Positions 9,959-20,302 of a stretch of 64,000 bases of DNA are shown here, one piece after another. The DNA lies in the IMG/VR virus record IMGVR_UViG_3300005573_000004, positions 85,962-149,961 of that record, one strand, 5' to 3'. Source of the stretch: a virus. A program made the translations under genes and the position numbers. The notes beneath the pieces were generated by a model. That model saw only the letters and a list, made by a program, of their open reading frames with translations, made no database searches and was not told where the DNA came from. The stretch's first letter is position 1. The number at the start of each line of letters is the position of its first letter.

Positions 9959-10744
9959 ATGGCATTTTATGGACCTGTTATTGGGAGTTCACGATTAAAC
10001 AAAGCTTTGTATTTATTAGCCCAAGGAAAGTCAAAACGAGCAGCCTGTTCAATCGCAAAAATAGATAGACAGCGATTGAGTTTTCTGTTAGGAGGAAGTA
10101 AATTAGTTCCATATAAGTTTGCTACAAAAGTAGCTAAAGATGTATTACAAAATCATCTTACTTTTGATCAAATTAAGAAAAAATATGGAATTCGTGGCTT
10201 ACGTGCTCTTAATAATTATCAGATAATTGTGAAACTGTATAGAGATAAGATTGAAGAACAAATGATTTTAAGAGCTCGGATTAAGGCGGATTCAGTAGAA
10301 AATATACCAAGTGTTAAAACTTTAAGTAAAACTCTAAATGTCTCTAAAGATAAAGTTTATGCTAAACTCCGAAAAATACTAAATTCAGTACGAATAGGAA
10401 ACGTAGCATTAATGAGAGGTTCTAAGGTTAGAACTACAGTATTTGCACTTTGGAAACAAGGGGTTCGTGATCCATATGTTATTAGTTCTATAGTAAAAAG
10501 AACACCACAATATGTTGTTTATATTTTAAATAGATATGGAATTCGTGTTAGAGAAAATAAAACTCCATTTTTTACAGATAGGGACTATGAGTTGATTGAC
10601 CGTTTACGTAAGACCATGACATGGCGTGAAATCGCCACAGTTTTCGGTTGTTCTATTGGGTCAGTTTACAACTTCTACGTCCAGTATAGAATAAAACCAA
10701 GGAGGAACGAAAATGAAAAAATCTACTCAGCTGTCCGCAGTTGA
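9959..10744 (+). CDS. Multi-HTH DNA-binding protein
   Basis: Basic protein with several HTH-like segments (SKRAACSIAKIDR, SVKTLSKTLNVSK, TWREIATVFGCSIGSVY). Confidence 0.65.
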   Translation: MAFYGPVIGSSRLNKALYLLAQGKSKRAACSIAKIDRQRLSFLLGGSKLVPYKFATKVAKDVLQNHLTFDQIKKKYGIRGLRALNNYQIIVKLYRDKIEEQMILRARIKADSVENIPSVKTLSKTLNVSKDKVYAKLRKILNSVRIGNVALMRGSKVRTTVFALWKQGVRDPYVISSIVKRTPQYVVYILNRYGIRVRENKTPFFTDRDYELIDRLRKTMTWREIATVFGCSIGSVYNFYVQYRIKPRRNENEKIYSAVRS

Positions 10745-11804
10745 AGTCCGAGCAATTCAGGCTCTTATCAACAAAGGAAATTCCCCAGAAGTTATTTCTG
10801 AAGTCTTAAAAATTCCAAAGAAGCACGTCGTTTATGTACTTCGTAATTTGAAAAAATTTGATCCAGTTTTAGAACCTAAATCTATTGAGCAGAGAGAGAC
10901 TGAAGAACAAATTGAAGATTTTACCAGGATACTTATAGATAAAAAAAGTTCAGCCGAAATAGGTGCTAAACTGTTTGAACATATTTCAGAATTATCTGAA
11001 GATTATATGCATAATTTTAAAGCCGATTCTATTTGTAAATTCAAATGGAAACCTCGTTATGTCGGGATAACAGCATTATCTGATTTTCATATAGGGCATG
11101 AAGGAGTAGACTATAAACGACTTCAGCATGATATGAACGTGATAGCAAAAACACCAAATATGTTTATAGCTTTCTTAGGCGATGCTATTGATAATTTTAT
11201 TAACGAAAAGCATCTAGGTGCCATTATTAATGCAGTTAGTAGCCCAAAACAGCAATTGTATATGTTACAGCATCTTTTGAGTATGCTAAAAGATCCTAAA
11301 GCCAAGATTTTGTTTGTTACAAAAGATAATCACGTTTCTAACAGACTTAAAAAAGCTACTGGAATTGATTGGTCCAATAAAATGTGGGACGATTACGGAG
11401 TATTTTATGGTGGTGAAGAAGTTCGTTGTGAATTATATCTGGGAAAACAACAGTATAATATTTTAGCTAGACATAGTTTTCGTGGTCAATCATCTGTACA
11501 TCTAACGGCTGGAGCTAAAAAACTACTCCGAGAAGGTATGTATGAAGATATAGATGTCGTTATGTTAGCCCATAAACACGAAGGAGCGGCTGAACTCTTT
11601 TCATATAGAGGTCGTCCTCGTTTGGCTATTCAAACCTCTACTTATAAACTTTTGGATCCATATGCTGCTCATTTAGGGTTCCATCCTCCGACGGTATTTA
11701 TGCCTTGTATTATTTTATCTCCAGAAAAAAAGGATTTTATATTTTGTCCTAATGTGGACGTTGCTGCGGAAATGCTGGAAGTTTTAAATAAAAAATATAA
11801 ATAA
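10713..11804 (+). CDS. Calcineurin-like metallophosphoesterase with N-terminal HTH-like segment
   Basis: SDFH, LGDAID, DNH, RH and AHKH metal-binding motifs. Confidence 0.8.
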   Translation: MKKSTQLSAVEVRAIQALINKGNSPEVISEVLKIPKKHVVYVLRNLKKFDPVLEPKSIEQRETEEQIEDFTRILIDKKSSAEIGAKLFEHISELSEDYMHNFKADSICKFKWKPRYVGITALSDFHIGHEGVDYKRLQHDMNVIAKTPNMFIAFLGDAIDNFINEKHLGAIINAVSSPKQQLYMLQHLLSMLKDPKAKILFVTKDNHVSNRLKKATGIDWSNKMWDDYGVFYGGEEVRCELYLGKQQYNILARHSFRGQSSVHLTAGAKKLLREGMYEDIDVVMLAHKHEGAAELFSYRGRPRLAIQTSTYKLLDPYAAHLGFHPPTVFMPCIILSPEKKDFIFCPNVDVAAEMLEVLNKKYK

Positions 11805-11810
11805 GCATTA

Positions 11811-11846
11811 TAGGCGGCTCAAAAGAGCCGCCTAACTGATTTTTTC
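11811..11846 (+). terminator. Intrinsic terminator
   Basis: Perfect 10-bp stem TAGGCGGCTC-AAAA-GAGCCGCCTA, followed shortly by a T tract. Confidence 0.8.
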
Positions 11847-11906
11847 TCATATTTTTCCCCATACCCCCACCCACACCCCACCCCTAATATATATTAGAGT
11901 GTATTT

Positions 11907-12278
11907 TTGAAAAGGAGTCTTAAATTGATAGGTTATACTATAAATTCTATAAAACGTGCAGAAGTAATGGATGAGATGCCTACTAGTCCTAATCAACAGG
12001 GATTAGGTTTTGGGCCTTATCTTGATAATGAGCATCCAAACGATGGAGAGAGTCTAGTAGCGATAGAACGTAGCTTTCCAAAACCAACTGGCTGGAAAGC
12101 GATTAAAATAAGAAAGCCAAGTGATAAATCTACGATAGCTTTTGAAGATCTTTTGAGAGTTAGCGAAGAGTTTGAAGATTTAATTAGATTTTTAGTAGAT
12201 GAATCTCAAGGAGAGACTTTAGAAGAGTCTTTAGCGGAACAATTTAAACATTTTCCACGAGTAAATTGGAGTTTATAA
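11907..12278 (+). CDS. Hypothetical protein (head region)
   Basis: ORF abutting the next gene; start uncertain. Confidence 0.5.
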   Translation: MKRSLKLIGYTINSIKRAEVMDEMPTSPNQQGLGFGPYLDNEHPNDGESLVAIERSFPKPTGWKAIKIRKPSDKSTIAFEDLLRVSEEFEDLIRFLVDESQGETLEESLAEQFKHFPRVNWSL

Positions 12279-12458
12279 ATGGCATTTACAAAAGTTGGTG
12301 ACAGTATTATCACAAAGATAATGGATGTTAAAGATGGTAAAATTGTAAAGACCAGTGAGGTTAATAGTATTAGTAATGTATGTCCTAAATGCGGTAAAAA
12401 TCCGTGTGAATGTACTAAAACTCAAAATTTAGAGGAAAACAATGGACTTAAAAGATAA
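12279..12458 (+). CDS. 59-aa protein with CPKCGKNPCEC motif (not in ORF track)
   Basis: Manual translation MAFTKVGDS...VCPKCGKNPCECTK...; ATG directly after the upstream TAA, with GGAG upstream. Confidence 0.65.
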   Translation: MAFTKVGDSIITKIMDVKDGKIVKTSEVNSISNVCPKCGKNPCECTKTQNLEENNGLKR

Positions 12459-14931
12459 GATTACTCAAATTTTTAATTATTTAGAAAACAGATCTATTGC
12501 TAATCCAGAAGAAGCGGCTCAGATGCAAAAGCAAGCTGTTATGAAAGAAAGAGAAATTTTTGAGAGAGCACTTATAGATACAGTTAAAAGTGGTGGAATG
12601 TCTTATGATGAAGCCGTGGCTAGAGTAAAGGCTTCAGATTTTTCACCATTAGACCAAAATATAATTTTAGCAAATATAGGTCATCTTGAAGCAAATCTAC
12701 CTATAAAAACAGCTAGTCAAAAATCTATGGAGGTTGACACTATGGACCCAGTTTCAAAGGAAATTGAGGAATTAAAAAAACGTCTTCCTCATTACGGGGC
12801 ATTTGTCGAAAATGTTTTAAAAACTTCTTATTATTTGGGCACTGGTGATAAAGCAAAACCAGATCCTCAAGGTGAGAAAGTTTTTAAAGAAGACGAAAAA
12901 TACGTTGAACAATCTAAATCAGAGGAGGCTAAAAGAATGAGCCAGACAGAAAAGAGAATTAATCCAGAAACAAGACTTTATCCAAAAACCGCAGGAACTG
13001 ACAAGTATAATACGAAAGCTCCGGAAGATCTTAGAGAATCGTATGCTCCAAAACACGATCAATGGGACAATGATGTTTTGGATAAAGAATTAGCTGACAA
13101 TAAAAAAGGTCAGAGCGAACAGGAACGTCGTACGAAAGAATTGCAGAAGAAGAGAGAAGAGTATTTAAGAGCAGCAGACAAAGTAGATGTTAAATTTTCA
13201 CACGCATCTAATGCATGGGTTATTTCAGAAAAAGCAACTGGAATTCCAATAGTGATCGCTTCTGTAGAAGATATCACAGGCAATCATCCTATTAGTCCAG
13301 AAGCATTAGCAGAATTAAAGAGTGATAAATTTGGTGAATTAATTAAGGAAGATATCAAAGAAAGTGGATTAGAAACTACAGCAAGAAATTTACTTGGTGA
13401 TACTTTTGATAAACTTGCTGCAGAACACGCGTCTTCTATAAAAACAGCCGAAGAGAAAGCAGATATGAGAGTGAAACTTGAGACTCTTAAAGATATTTAT
13501 GCTTCTCTTAAAGAAGGTCTTGGTAAATTAACAAAAGTAGCTTCAGTTTCTAGATTATTTAAAAGAGCAGTAGAAGCTATTCAAGATGCTGAGGAAGCAG
13601 TAGAAACTGATAAAGATAATGCTCCAGAAGCAATTTCTGATGCAGCAGAAGCACTTACACCTATAAGTGATATGGGTCTTGCAATGGAAGGCCAGAGTGA
13701 ACAGCCTGATGCAAATAAACTTGCAGAAGAAATTAAAGCATCAATTTCTGACCCAGAAATTCAGGCTAAAGTTGATCAGTTAGTAGATATGGTACTTTCT
13801 TCAAATTCAGGTACTACTCCTCTTATTGAAAATGAAATAGGAGAAGCAGAGGAAGAGATAGGAAAAGCAGAAGAAGAAATAGGAGAAGCAGAAGAAGAAA
13901 TAGGAGAAGCAGAGGAAGAAATAGGAGAGGCAGAAGAAATAGGAGAGGCAGAAGAAAAAGAGGAAAAAGGAAAGAAAGAGAAAAAAGAAGATAAAGAAGA
14001 AAAGGAAGATAAAGGCAAAGAAAAGAAAACCTCTGCAGTTGTTGCAGCACTTAGGAAACTTGGTGCTGATAGAGGCAAAGGCGATTATGATGTAACAAAA
14101 GGATTTAGCCTGGATCAGATGGGTGAACATAACAAAGGAAACATCACTCAAGATGGTAAAAAGTTTATGACATGGGAAACATTAAAGAAGCAATTTGAAG
14201 CTTTAGTAAATAAAAAACCTACAGGTAAACTTGTTGCTAACTTTGTAAATGAATTAGTAAAAACAGCAGCTGGAACTGGGGTTATGTCAGCAGAAGAAGT
14301 TTATAGATTAGCATTTGGTCCTGAATATGCAAAACAATTAACAAAGGAAATGACACAGAAACAAATTCTTAAAGAACATGATAGATTAACAAAAGACACA
14401 GATAATGTATATGCTTCTGCAAGCGAAGCTTATATGAGTGGTGCAACAAGGATGAAGCTTGCAATTGAAGCTACGCAGAATATGGTTAAAAAAGGTTTGA
14501 TCAAAGAAGCGGATAGAGAAGCATTTGATCGTCAGGTAGATAATTTTATGAAAATGGATGAAGATACATTTAGAGCGTTTATGGATTCAACTGAAAATAT
14601 AGTAGCAACGTCAGAACTTGAAGATGGTAGATTTAAAGTTGCAGCTTTAGACAGACCAGACGAATATGGAAACATAGTGACAGGTTGGATTGATGGAAAA
14701 CACGTTGCATCTATGTCTGGTGAAGATATAAAAGCTCCAAATGGTAAAGTAACAAAAGCACATTTAGCAAACGCAATGCATTTATTAAAACAGGCATTTA
14801 AAGAAGGGCTCTTTGATGAAGAGCTTTCTGATGGTAAAGTTCCTACTGATGTTCAGGGTGTAGACTTAAAAGGCTTGAACGTTGGACAGGAATCATCTAA
14901 ACCAGTTTTGAAAGTAGAAGATTTAATATAA
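12442..14931 (+). CDS. Capsid scaffolding / prohead core protein
   Basis: Highly charged and coiled-coil-like, directly upstream of decoration and MCP genes, many K-x-A motifs. Confidence 0.7.
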   Translation: MDLKDKITQIFNYLENRSIANPEEAAQMQKQAVMKEREIFERALIDTVKSGGMSYDEAVARVKASDFSPLDQNIILANIGHLEANLPIKTASQKSMEVDTMDPVSKEIEELKKRLPHYGAFVENVLKTSYYLGTGDKAKPDPQGEKVFKEDEKYVEQSKSEEAKRMSQTEKRINPETRLYPKTAGTDKYNTKAPEDLRESYAPKHDQWDNDVLDKELADNKKGQSEQERRTKELQKKREEYLRAADKVDVKFSHASNAWVISEKATGIPIVIASVEDITGNHPISPEALAELKSDKFGELIKEDIKESGLETTARNLLGDTFDKLAAEHASSIKTAEEKADMRVKLETLKDIYASLKEGLGKLTKVASVSRLFKRAVEAIQDAEEAVETDKDNAPEAISDAAEALTPISDMGLAMEGQSEQPDANKLAEEIKASISDPEIQAKVDQLVDMVLSSNSGTTPLIENEIGEAEEEIGKAEEEIGEAEEEIGEAEEEIGEAEEIGEAEEKEEKGKKEKKEDKEEKEDKGKEKKTSAVVAALRKLGADRGKGDYDVTKGFSLDQMGEHNKGNITQDGKKFMTWETLKKQFEALVNKKPTGKLVANFVNELVKTAAGTGVMSAEEVYRLAFGPEYAKQLTKEMTQKQILKEHDRLTKDTDNVYASASEAYMSGATRMKLAIEATQNMVKKGLIKEADREAFDRQVDNFMKMDEDTFRAFMDSTENIVATSELEDGRFKVAALDRPDEYGNIVTGWIDGKHVASMSGEDIKAPNGKVTKAHLANAMHLLKQAFKEGLFDEELSDGKVPTDVQGVDLKGLNVGQESSKPVLKVEDLI
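13834..13956 (+). repeat. About 6 x 21-bp tandem repeat encoding (EIGEAEE)n
   Basis: gaaataggagaagcagaagaa-type units. Confidence 0.9.
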
Positions 14932-15083
14932 TTTTTTTGTCCTTATTTCTGAGGCCTTTATGAATTGAAAAAGCCTGACTTTGACTGGGTCAAGGCTTTG
15001 TAAATGAGTAAAGAGCGTGTAAGAAAAGAGGAAAGCCGCTTAATAAAAGGCTTTATACTTAAATTAATAGGAGGTATGAACGA

Positions 15084-15872
15084 ATGGGTTTTTTCAGACC
15101 AGTAATGGCTGTTAACAAACCGGCTAGCTTTCCAATTGAAAGTGGCATAGCATTTGAACGCGGCACGTTTTTATGGTTCAAAAAAGGTAGTGGTGTCGCA
15201 ACAACTGATCGTGACGCTACTTATCAGCCACTTGGAATAGCAGATGATGACAAAACGGATAATGTTACAGCCAAAATTCAGAACCAGGTGATTTCTTATA
15301 CTTTGGTTGTTAATTCATCAGGTAATGCAACAGCAACATATTCACTTGGTCGTACAATCGCGAAAGATTCTGTAATAGAGACTGCAATTCAAAAACCAGC
15401 TTCTTGGACACTTGTTTCAACACCTAATTTAGATGGTACATCAACTTTTACATTGTCAGCAGACGGTATATTGACGCATAATGTTACAGGTGCAACTGCA
15501 GGTACATACAATGTAACCTTAACACTTGATTATTCTTATGTAAAATCAGCATCACAGAATGGCGGAGCTGCTATAGTAACAGATATGTTTAACAACAATA
15601 GCACAGCAGCGTCTCAATTAGTTACAGTTTGGTTCATGGAAGGAATCTATGAATCAGACCAATATGATCCTTACGTAAGTTATTCAGTTGGTGATCCAAT
15701 TTATGCAAAAAATGGTGGTATTTTAACTTCTGACAGTACAAATGCAACAAAAATTGGGTTTATTACAAAAGTTCCGTCAACAAACTGGAACGCAGAAACG
15801 AAGACAACTCTTGGGCATTCACAGCCGAAACCAGAAGCTGTGCAATTCCTTATGAGATTGTCTCTTGTATAA
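15084..15872 (+). CDS. Head decoration / capsid cement protein
   Basis: Lies between scaffold and MCP. PLGIADD...VTVW...G.YESDQYD...Y.VGD.IY...G.LT motif with an inserted T-rich domain. Confidence 0.7.
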   Translation: MGFFRPVMAVNKPASFPIESGIAFERGTFLWFKKGSGVATTDRDATYQPLGIADDDKTDNVTAKIQNQVISYTLVVNSSGNATATYSLGRTIAKDSVIETAIQKPASWTLVSTPNLDGTSTFTLSADGILTHNVTGATAGTYNVTLTLDYSYVKSASQNGGAAIVTDMFNNNSTAASQLVTVWFMEGIYESDQYDPYVSYSVGDPIYAKNGGILTSDSTNATKIGFITKVPSTNWNAETKTTLGHSQPKPEAVQFLMRLSLV

Positions 15873-15888
15873 GTGGAGGTAATTAACT

Positions 15889-16920
15889 ATGCAGATAATT
15901 AAAACAGGTACAGGATTTGACAGAAGGGCAGATGTATCCTTCGGCAGAGATGGCAACATCAATGCTTTTGATAGACAGGATGCAATCAATCGTATTGCAA
16001 AATATTTAACTGCAAGCGAACAGCCCACTTATGATGAGAGAGTGTCTTCGTTATTTTCTGAAGAAGAAAAAAACCACCTAATTAACAAATTTGCATCACC
16101 AAACGTAAGGTTAGTAATTGGACAGGCAATGGCCAGTCCATTAAAAACGTTCTTAGAATACAAGGGCGTTATGAGACGTGCATTAAAAGTTGATCCGCTT
16201 GCTCCAGGTGCTATTCCGATTTACGATCGTGATACAGAAGAAATTTCAGCTGAGCCGATTGCTTCCCAGTCAGCAATTACTCAGACGAAAATAGTTGGGG
16301 AACGTATCATGGTCCCAGTTTTTGAAATCGCAGCGAACCCAACTATAAAACTGCGTGAGGTTAAAATTCGCAGATTTAACATAATTGACCGTATACAAGT
16401 TCGTACACGTCAATTTATGCAGGAAGCTGAAGACGCAAGTATTATAAACTTGTTAAATGCAGCTTCTACTTTGGTTAACTCTCCAGTTGTAGTTGACACT
16501 TCTGCAAGTGGAAACTCACAGGGTTATATCCAGAGAAAAGACTTGGTCAAGCTTGCTCGAGAAATTGAACAGCATGACTTATTTGCAGTATCTATGTTCT
16601 TTTCAATTTACAGATATGCAGATATCAAACAGTGGGGTACACAAGAATTGGATCTTGTAACCTTAAAACAGGTTATAGATACAGGTCTTGTAGCTCAGTT
16701 ACATGGGCAGAATATCTATGTGACAAAGAAATTGCCACATGATATAGTACTCTGCACTTCAGATCCTGACTATGTTGGCGTGATGCCAGTATATCAGGAT
16801 ATTGAAGTAATCCCTGCTGATATTCCTTGGGAAACCTCATTCGGATGGGCGTTCACAGAGCTCATTGGAATGTCGGTATTTAACCCGAAGGGCGTCAGTA
16901 AGTTAGTTATTTCAAAATAA
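15889..16920 (+). CDS. Major capsid protein (HK97 fold)
   Basis: 343 aa, after scaffold and decoration genes. YKGVMRRAL.VDPL..GA.P.YDRD, VPVFEIAANP and QEAED motifs; codon usage differs from neighbours, as expected of a highly expressed gene. Confidence 0.88.
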   Translation: MQIIKTGTGFDRRADVSFGRDGNINAFDRQDAINRIAKYLTASEQPTYDERVSSLFSEEEKNHLINKFASPNVRLVIGQAMASPLKTFLEYKGVMRRALKVDPLAPGAIPIYDRDTEEISAEPIASQSAITQTKIVGERIMVPVFEIAANPTIKLREVKIRRFNIIDRIQVRTRQFMQEAEDASIINLLNAASTLVNSPVVVDTSASGNSQGYIQRKDLVKLAREIEQHDLFAVSMFFSIYRYADIKQWGTQELDLVTLKQVIDTGLVAQLHGQNIYVTKKLPHDIVLCTSDPDYVGVMPVYQDIEVIPADIPWETSFGWAFTELIGMSVFNPKGVSKLVISK

Positions 16921-16934
16921 CTAGCTGTAATATT

Positions 16935-17065
16935 TTAGCTATGGAGGTCGATTAAACCTCCATAGCTAATTGGACTTATACCTATCGGGTCGTGATGACC
17001 CGATTCGCTTCTCATTATATAGAAGCACCTCCTTTCAGGTGGAGGCCAGGGTTTCCTTGGCCTCC
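16935..17065 (+). other. Chain of five hairpins downstream of MCP (structured 3' UTR / ncRNA candidate)
   Basis: Stems at 16935-16969 (14 bp), 16984-17004, 17007-17026, 17026-17041 and 17041-17065. Confidence 0.6.
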
Positions 17066-17091
17066 TAAAAAAATCAAAAATGGAGTAAAAA

Positions 17092-17682
17092 ATGGCTGAA
17101 AATCCAAACAAAAATCAAAACAAAGATGTCAATAAACACGTAAATAAACCCTCAATGCAATTAGATACAATGGAACTTGCCATTGTTAATGCTATTAAAA
17201 AGAATATTTTTGATTTAGCAGCTCAATGGGTAAATAATCTTTCAGCTGATCAAGCTAAAGCACTTTATACTCAATTAGGGGAAGGTAATATTGATTTTGG
17301 TAAACCTGAAGTTCTTTCTTTAATGAAAAAATTTGATGCTCAAATGAAGCCAAATTATTATGGACGTAAATCTTTTATTTATTATATACCTTTCGCTATT
17401 AGGGAAGCTATAAAAAATAAATATGCTAGAGAACTTAAATTAACAAATAGTTTCGTCAATATTAGATTATTCCATAAATATGCTAAAATTCCAGAAAGAC
17501 CATATTTAGTTAAAAATAGTAAAGTTTTGTTACCAAATAATCGTGGTGTTGGAGTATTGGAAGATGATCCAGAACTTTTAGAAAGCTTTACTGGATTTGA
17601 TTGGATTGCTCGTGTGAAAGCAGAAAATCCAGTACATTCTGGAATATATTATGTGTCAACGCTAAAAGAACTGAAAAAATAG
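17092..17682 (+). CDS. Hypothetical protein
   Basis: GGAG RBS; internal SFVNIRLFHKYA leader-like motif. Confidence 0.6.
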   Translation: MAENPNKNQNKDVNKHVNKPSMQLDTMELAIVNAIKKNIFDLAAQWVNNLSADQAKALYTQLGEGNIDFGKPEVLSLMKKFDAQMKPNYYGRKSFIYYIPFAIREAIKNKYARELKLTNSFVNIRLFHKYAKIPERPYLVKNSKVLLPNNRGVGVLEDDPELLESFTGFDWIARVKAENPVHSGIYYVSTLKELKK

Positions 17683-17695
17683 GGGTAATTTCAAA

Positions 17696-18517
17696 ATGGC
17701 GTTACCTGCACCAACAAATTTTGACGCAGATTATGAAACGTTATCTAGAGATAGATTATGTGTAACATTATGGTGGGAAGAAGATCCACGTGCAGCATAT
17801 TATCGCCTTTATAGAGATACCGATGTGCGTGAAATTCGTCCTCCATATGAATATAAAACTGTAGATGGAAAAAAGTTTATAGTTTATCGTGATGTAGAAG
17901 CTTGGTCAGCAGGCCAAGCTTTAGATTTATTTTATTGGGTTGCAGCAGTAGAAAACATTGCTCCCTCAGGGAGTCCTCCAATCTATCAAGAAGGGGCCCT
18001 CTCAGACGCTATCACCAATTTACATCCTTTCGGACTTAGGGTCATTGAAGAAGCCAGATCAATGATCGGTGATGATTTACGTATTTTTAATGATAAAATG
18101 AATAAAGTCCAAGAACAAATTTCAATTTATAATTATAAAATAGCTATGGATCAAGCTTTGAGTGCTATAAATTCAACTCCGACTTTTACCTCATATACTT
18201 ATGGAAGTATTCCATATGAATTTAAACATTTATTAACTCTTGGAACATTAGTTAATGTCCTACCAAAATTAATTCTTTTAGAAAAAGCAAAAGCTATGCA
18301 ATTTGAAGATCAGGGGCAACAGTGGACTCCTCCTGATTTATCAGCAGCATTTGAAACTAGGCTAAAAGAATTAAAAGAAGATTTTAATACACTCAGAAAA
18401 GAAATTAAACATAATGTTCGTCCAAATCCAAGAGGAGTTGGTAGTTTAAAAGCTTTATTTATCAGTCCACAAATGTTAAAATGGCGTCACGTTCCAACTG
18501 GAAGAAATTTCTTCTAA
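17696..18517 (+). CDS. Head-tail adaptor / neck protein with N-terminal Fn3-like segment
   Basis: Position after MCP. PAPTNF...W...YYRLYR...YWVAAV (Fn3-like) followed by ALSAINSTP...F.DQG adaptor-like segment. Confidence 0.6.
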   Translation: MALPAPTNFDADYETLSRDRLCVTLWWEEDPRAAYYRLYRDTDVREIRPPYEYKTVDGKKFIVYRDVEAWSAGQALDLFYWVAAVENIAPSGSPPIYQEGALSDAITNLHPFGLRVIEEARSMIGDDLRIFNDKMNKVQEQISIYNYKIAMDQALSAINSTPTFTSYTYGSIPYEFKHLLTLGTLVNVLPKLILLEKAKAMQFEDQGQQWTPPDLSAAFETRLKELKEDFNTLRKEIKHNVRPNPRGVGSLKALFISPQMLKWRHVPTGRNFF

Positions 18518-18528
18518 GGAGGAAAATC

Positions 18529-18693
18529 ATGGTAAAAATAATAGAATTTTTATACGGAATAGTAAAAGATTATATAATAAAACAAGCGAATGCTACAGGT
18601 AATAATGCTTTTATAACTAAATTTGAGATAGCTTTTAGGATCATTGAAGAAACTTGGAATGAGATTAAAGCAATAAAGCAAAATTTGAAATAA
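18529..18693 (+). CDS. Small hypothetical protein
   Basis: AAGGAGG RBS before ATG 18529 (MVKIIEF...), in frame with track ORF 18481. Confidence 0.5.
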   Translation: MVKIIEFLYGIVKDYIIKQANATGNNAFITKFEIAFRIIEETWNEIKAIKQNLK

Positions 18694-18699
18694 ATAAAA

Positions 18700-20274
18700 A
18701 TGAGCTTTGTAAATTTCAAAAGATTAAGTAGTATAATTGATTATCCTAGGAGTGGTCTAGATAGTAAAGTTTGGACTACTCAAGGGATTTTAAAACCTAG
18801 AATTAAAGATTTTATTTTAAAAAAATTAGATAAGTTTTTTAGAAGTAAAGGATATACATTAAATGAAATTTTAAGTGCAGTTAATGCTGTATATTTTATA
18901 GGTTCTTTGACATCTTATCAATATACAGATAAGACAGATTTGGATATTCATTTCCATTTTGATCAGAATAAGATAAAAGATGTATTAAGAAGACACGGTC
19001 AAATAGTAAAATCTAATGAAGAGCTTGATGAGATATTAAATAAAGAATGGAAAGATGCTATTGATGAAGATATAATACCTGGAACTCAACATCCTCTTGA
19101 AGTTTATTTTGAAATTGACGGGTTTACAAAGAGTGATAATAGTGATGGAGTTTATGATATTCTTAACGATAAATGGTTAAAAGAACCCCCTTCTATTGAG
19201 GATGATTTTGATGTAGAAGAGATATATCCAGCAGCAGTAGACGAAGCAATTGATATTATGAGGAATATTGATGATAAAATTGGACATATAAAGCGTGAGA
19301 TAAAAGATATTAGTCTTTTAAAGGAAACTCTTAGATCTTGGGATAAAGGTAAGAAAAAATTATTTTTTAAAAAGCTCTTAGATAAAATAGATACAATAGA
19401 AAAATCAATACGAGATATAGTAGAGATGGGTTCTGAAATTATAGATAATAGACAAGATGATTACGTAAAACAATCAGAAGATAATATTAAATTTAAATAT
19501 TTACAGAGATATAAATATATTTGGCTTGTTAAAAATCTGGAAGATGCTTTAGAAGATGAAAAAGAAAAAATTCAAGTTGAAGATGATGATGATATTGAGA
19601 GAATTAGGATAATTTTGAAAGAATTTGAAGATAAAGATACGAGTAAAGATATAGAATTTGAAAAAAAGGAGAGTAAAATGAGTTTTATAAATTTTAAAAA
19701 ATTAGGTTTAGGTTTTGGTTTGGGTCCTGGTGCAGGATTCGGGTTAGGTCCTGGTGTAGGAAGAGGTTTAGGTCCTGGTGCAGGTTTAGGTCCTGGTGTA
19801 GGAAGAGGTTTAAATCCTGGTGTAGGAAGAGGTTTAGGTTTAGGTCCTGCAGGATTAGGAAGAGGTTTAGGCCCTGGTGCAGGACTCGGTTTATGTTTGG
19901 ACCAAGATGTAGGACTTACACCTTCCGATCCTACTTTAGTACAACCAGATGTTTCTATAGAGGTTCCTAAAGAAGTTTTTCCAGAAACTCTTCCAGAAGG
20001 TTCGTCAGCGACTTCTTTAGAAATTCCTTCTGGAATACCTGAAGGAAGAGAAAGAGATTATGAAATTTTAAAAAGAGATATCATATTGGAGCAAGCAGCT
20101 ATTGACGAATATCGTGGACAACTTAGGGATGCTTCTCCAGAAGTCAAAAAGATATTGGAACATTTAATTAAGGAAGAAGAGGAACATAGGAAAGAATTGG
20201 AAGAATTAATAGAAGAAATAAAATCTAAACCGTCAGGCAATACAACGGACGAAATCAAAGTTATAGAATTGTAA
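18700..20274 (+). CDS. Pol-beta-superfamily nucleotidyltransferase fused to GLGPG repeats and a C-terminal ferritin/rubrerythrin-like domain
   Basis: GSLTSYQY...DLDIH (GS..DxD); C-terminal E..AI..Y...EE..H di-iron-type motif; internal RBS+ATG at 19678. Confidence 0.7.
   Translation: MSFVNFKRLSSIIDYPRSGLDSKVWTTQGILKPRIKDFILKKLDKFFRSKGYTLNEILSAVNAVYFIGSLTSYQYTDKTDLDIHFHFDQNKIKDVLRRHGQIVKSNEELDEILNKEWKDAIDEDIIPGTQHPLEVYFEIDGFTKSDNSDGVYDILNDKWLKEPPSIEDDFDVEEIYPAAVDEAIDIMRNIDDKIGHIKREIKDISLLKETLRSWDKGKKKLFFKKLLDKIDTIEKSIRDIVEMGSEIIDNRQDDYVKQSEDNIKFKYLQRYKYIWLVKNLEDALEDEKEKIQVEDDDDIERIRIILKEFEDKDTSKDIEFEKKESKMSFINFKKLGLGFGLGPGAGFGLGPGVGRGLGPGAGLGPGVGRGLNPGVGRGLGLGPAGLGRGLGPGAGLGLCLDQDVGLTPSDPTLVQPDVSIEVPKEVFPETLPEGSSATSLEIPSGIPEGRERDYEILKRDIILEQAAIDEYRGQLRDASPEVKKILEHLIKEEEEHRKELEELIEEIKSKPSGNTTDEIKVIEL
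19704..19890 (+). repeat. (GLGPG[AV]GR) coding repeats
   Basis: ggtttaggtcctggtgtaggaaga-type units. Confidence 0.85.
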
Positions 20275-20302
20275 TTCTAAGTTCTTTTATAATTTTTTCA
20301 TA

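Noticed and set aside
13776-14151. Three - strand ORFs
   Set aside because: Artefacts of the purine-rich E/K repeat in the scaffold gene.
16935-17065. tRNA gene
   Set aside because: No cloverleaf, TTC T-loop or acceptor stem.
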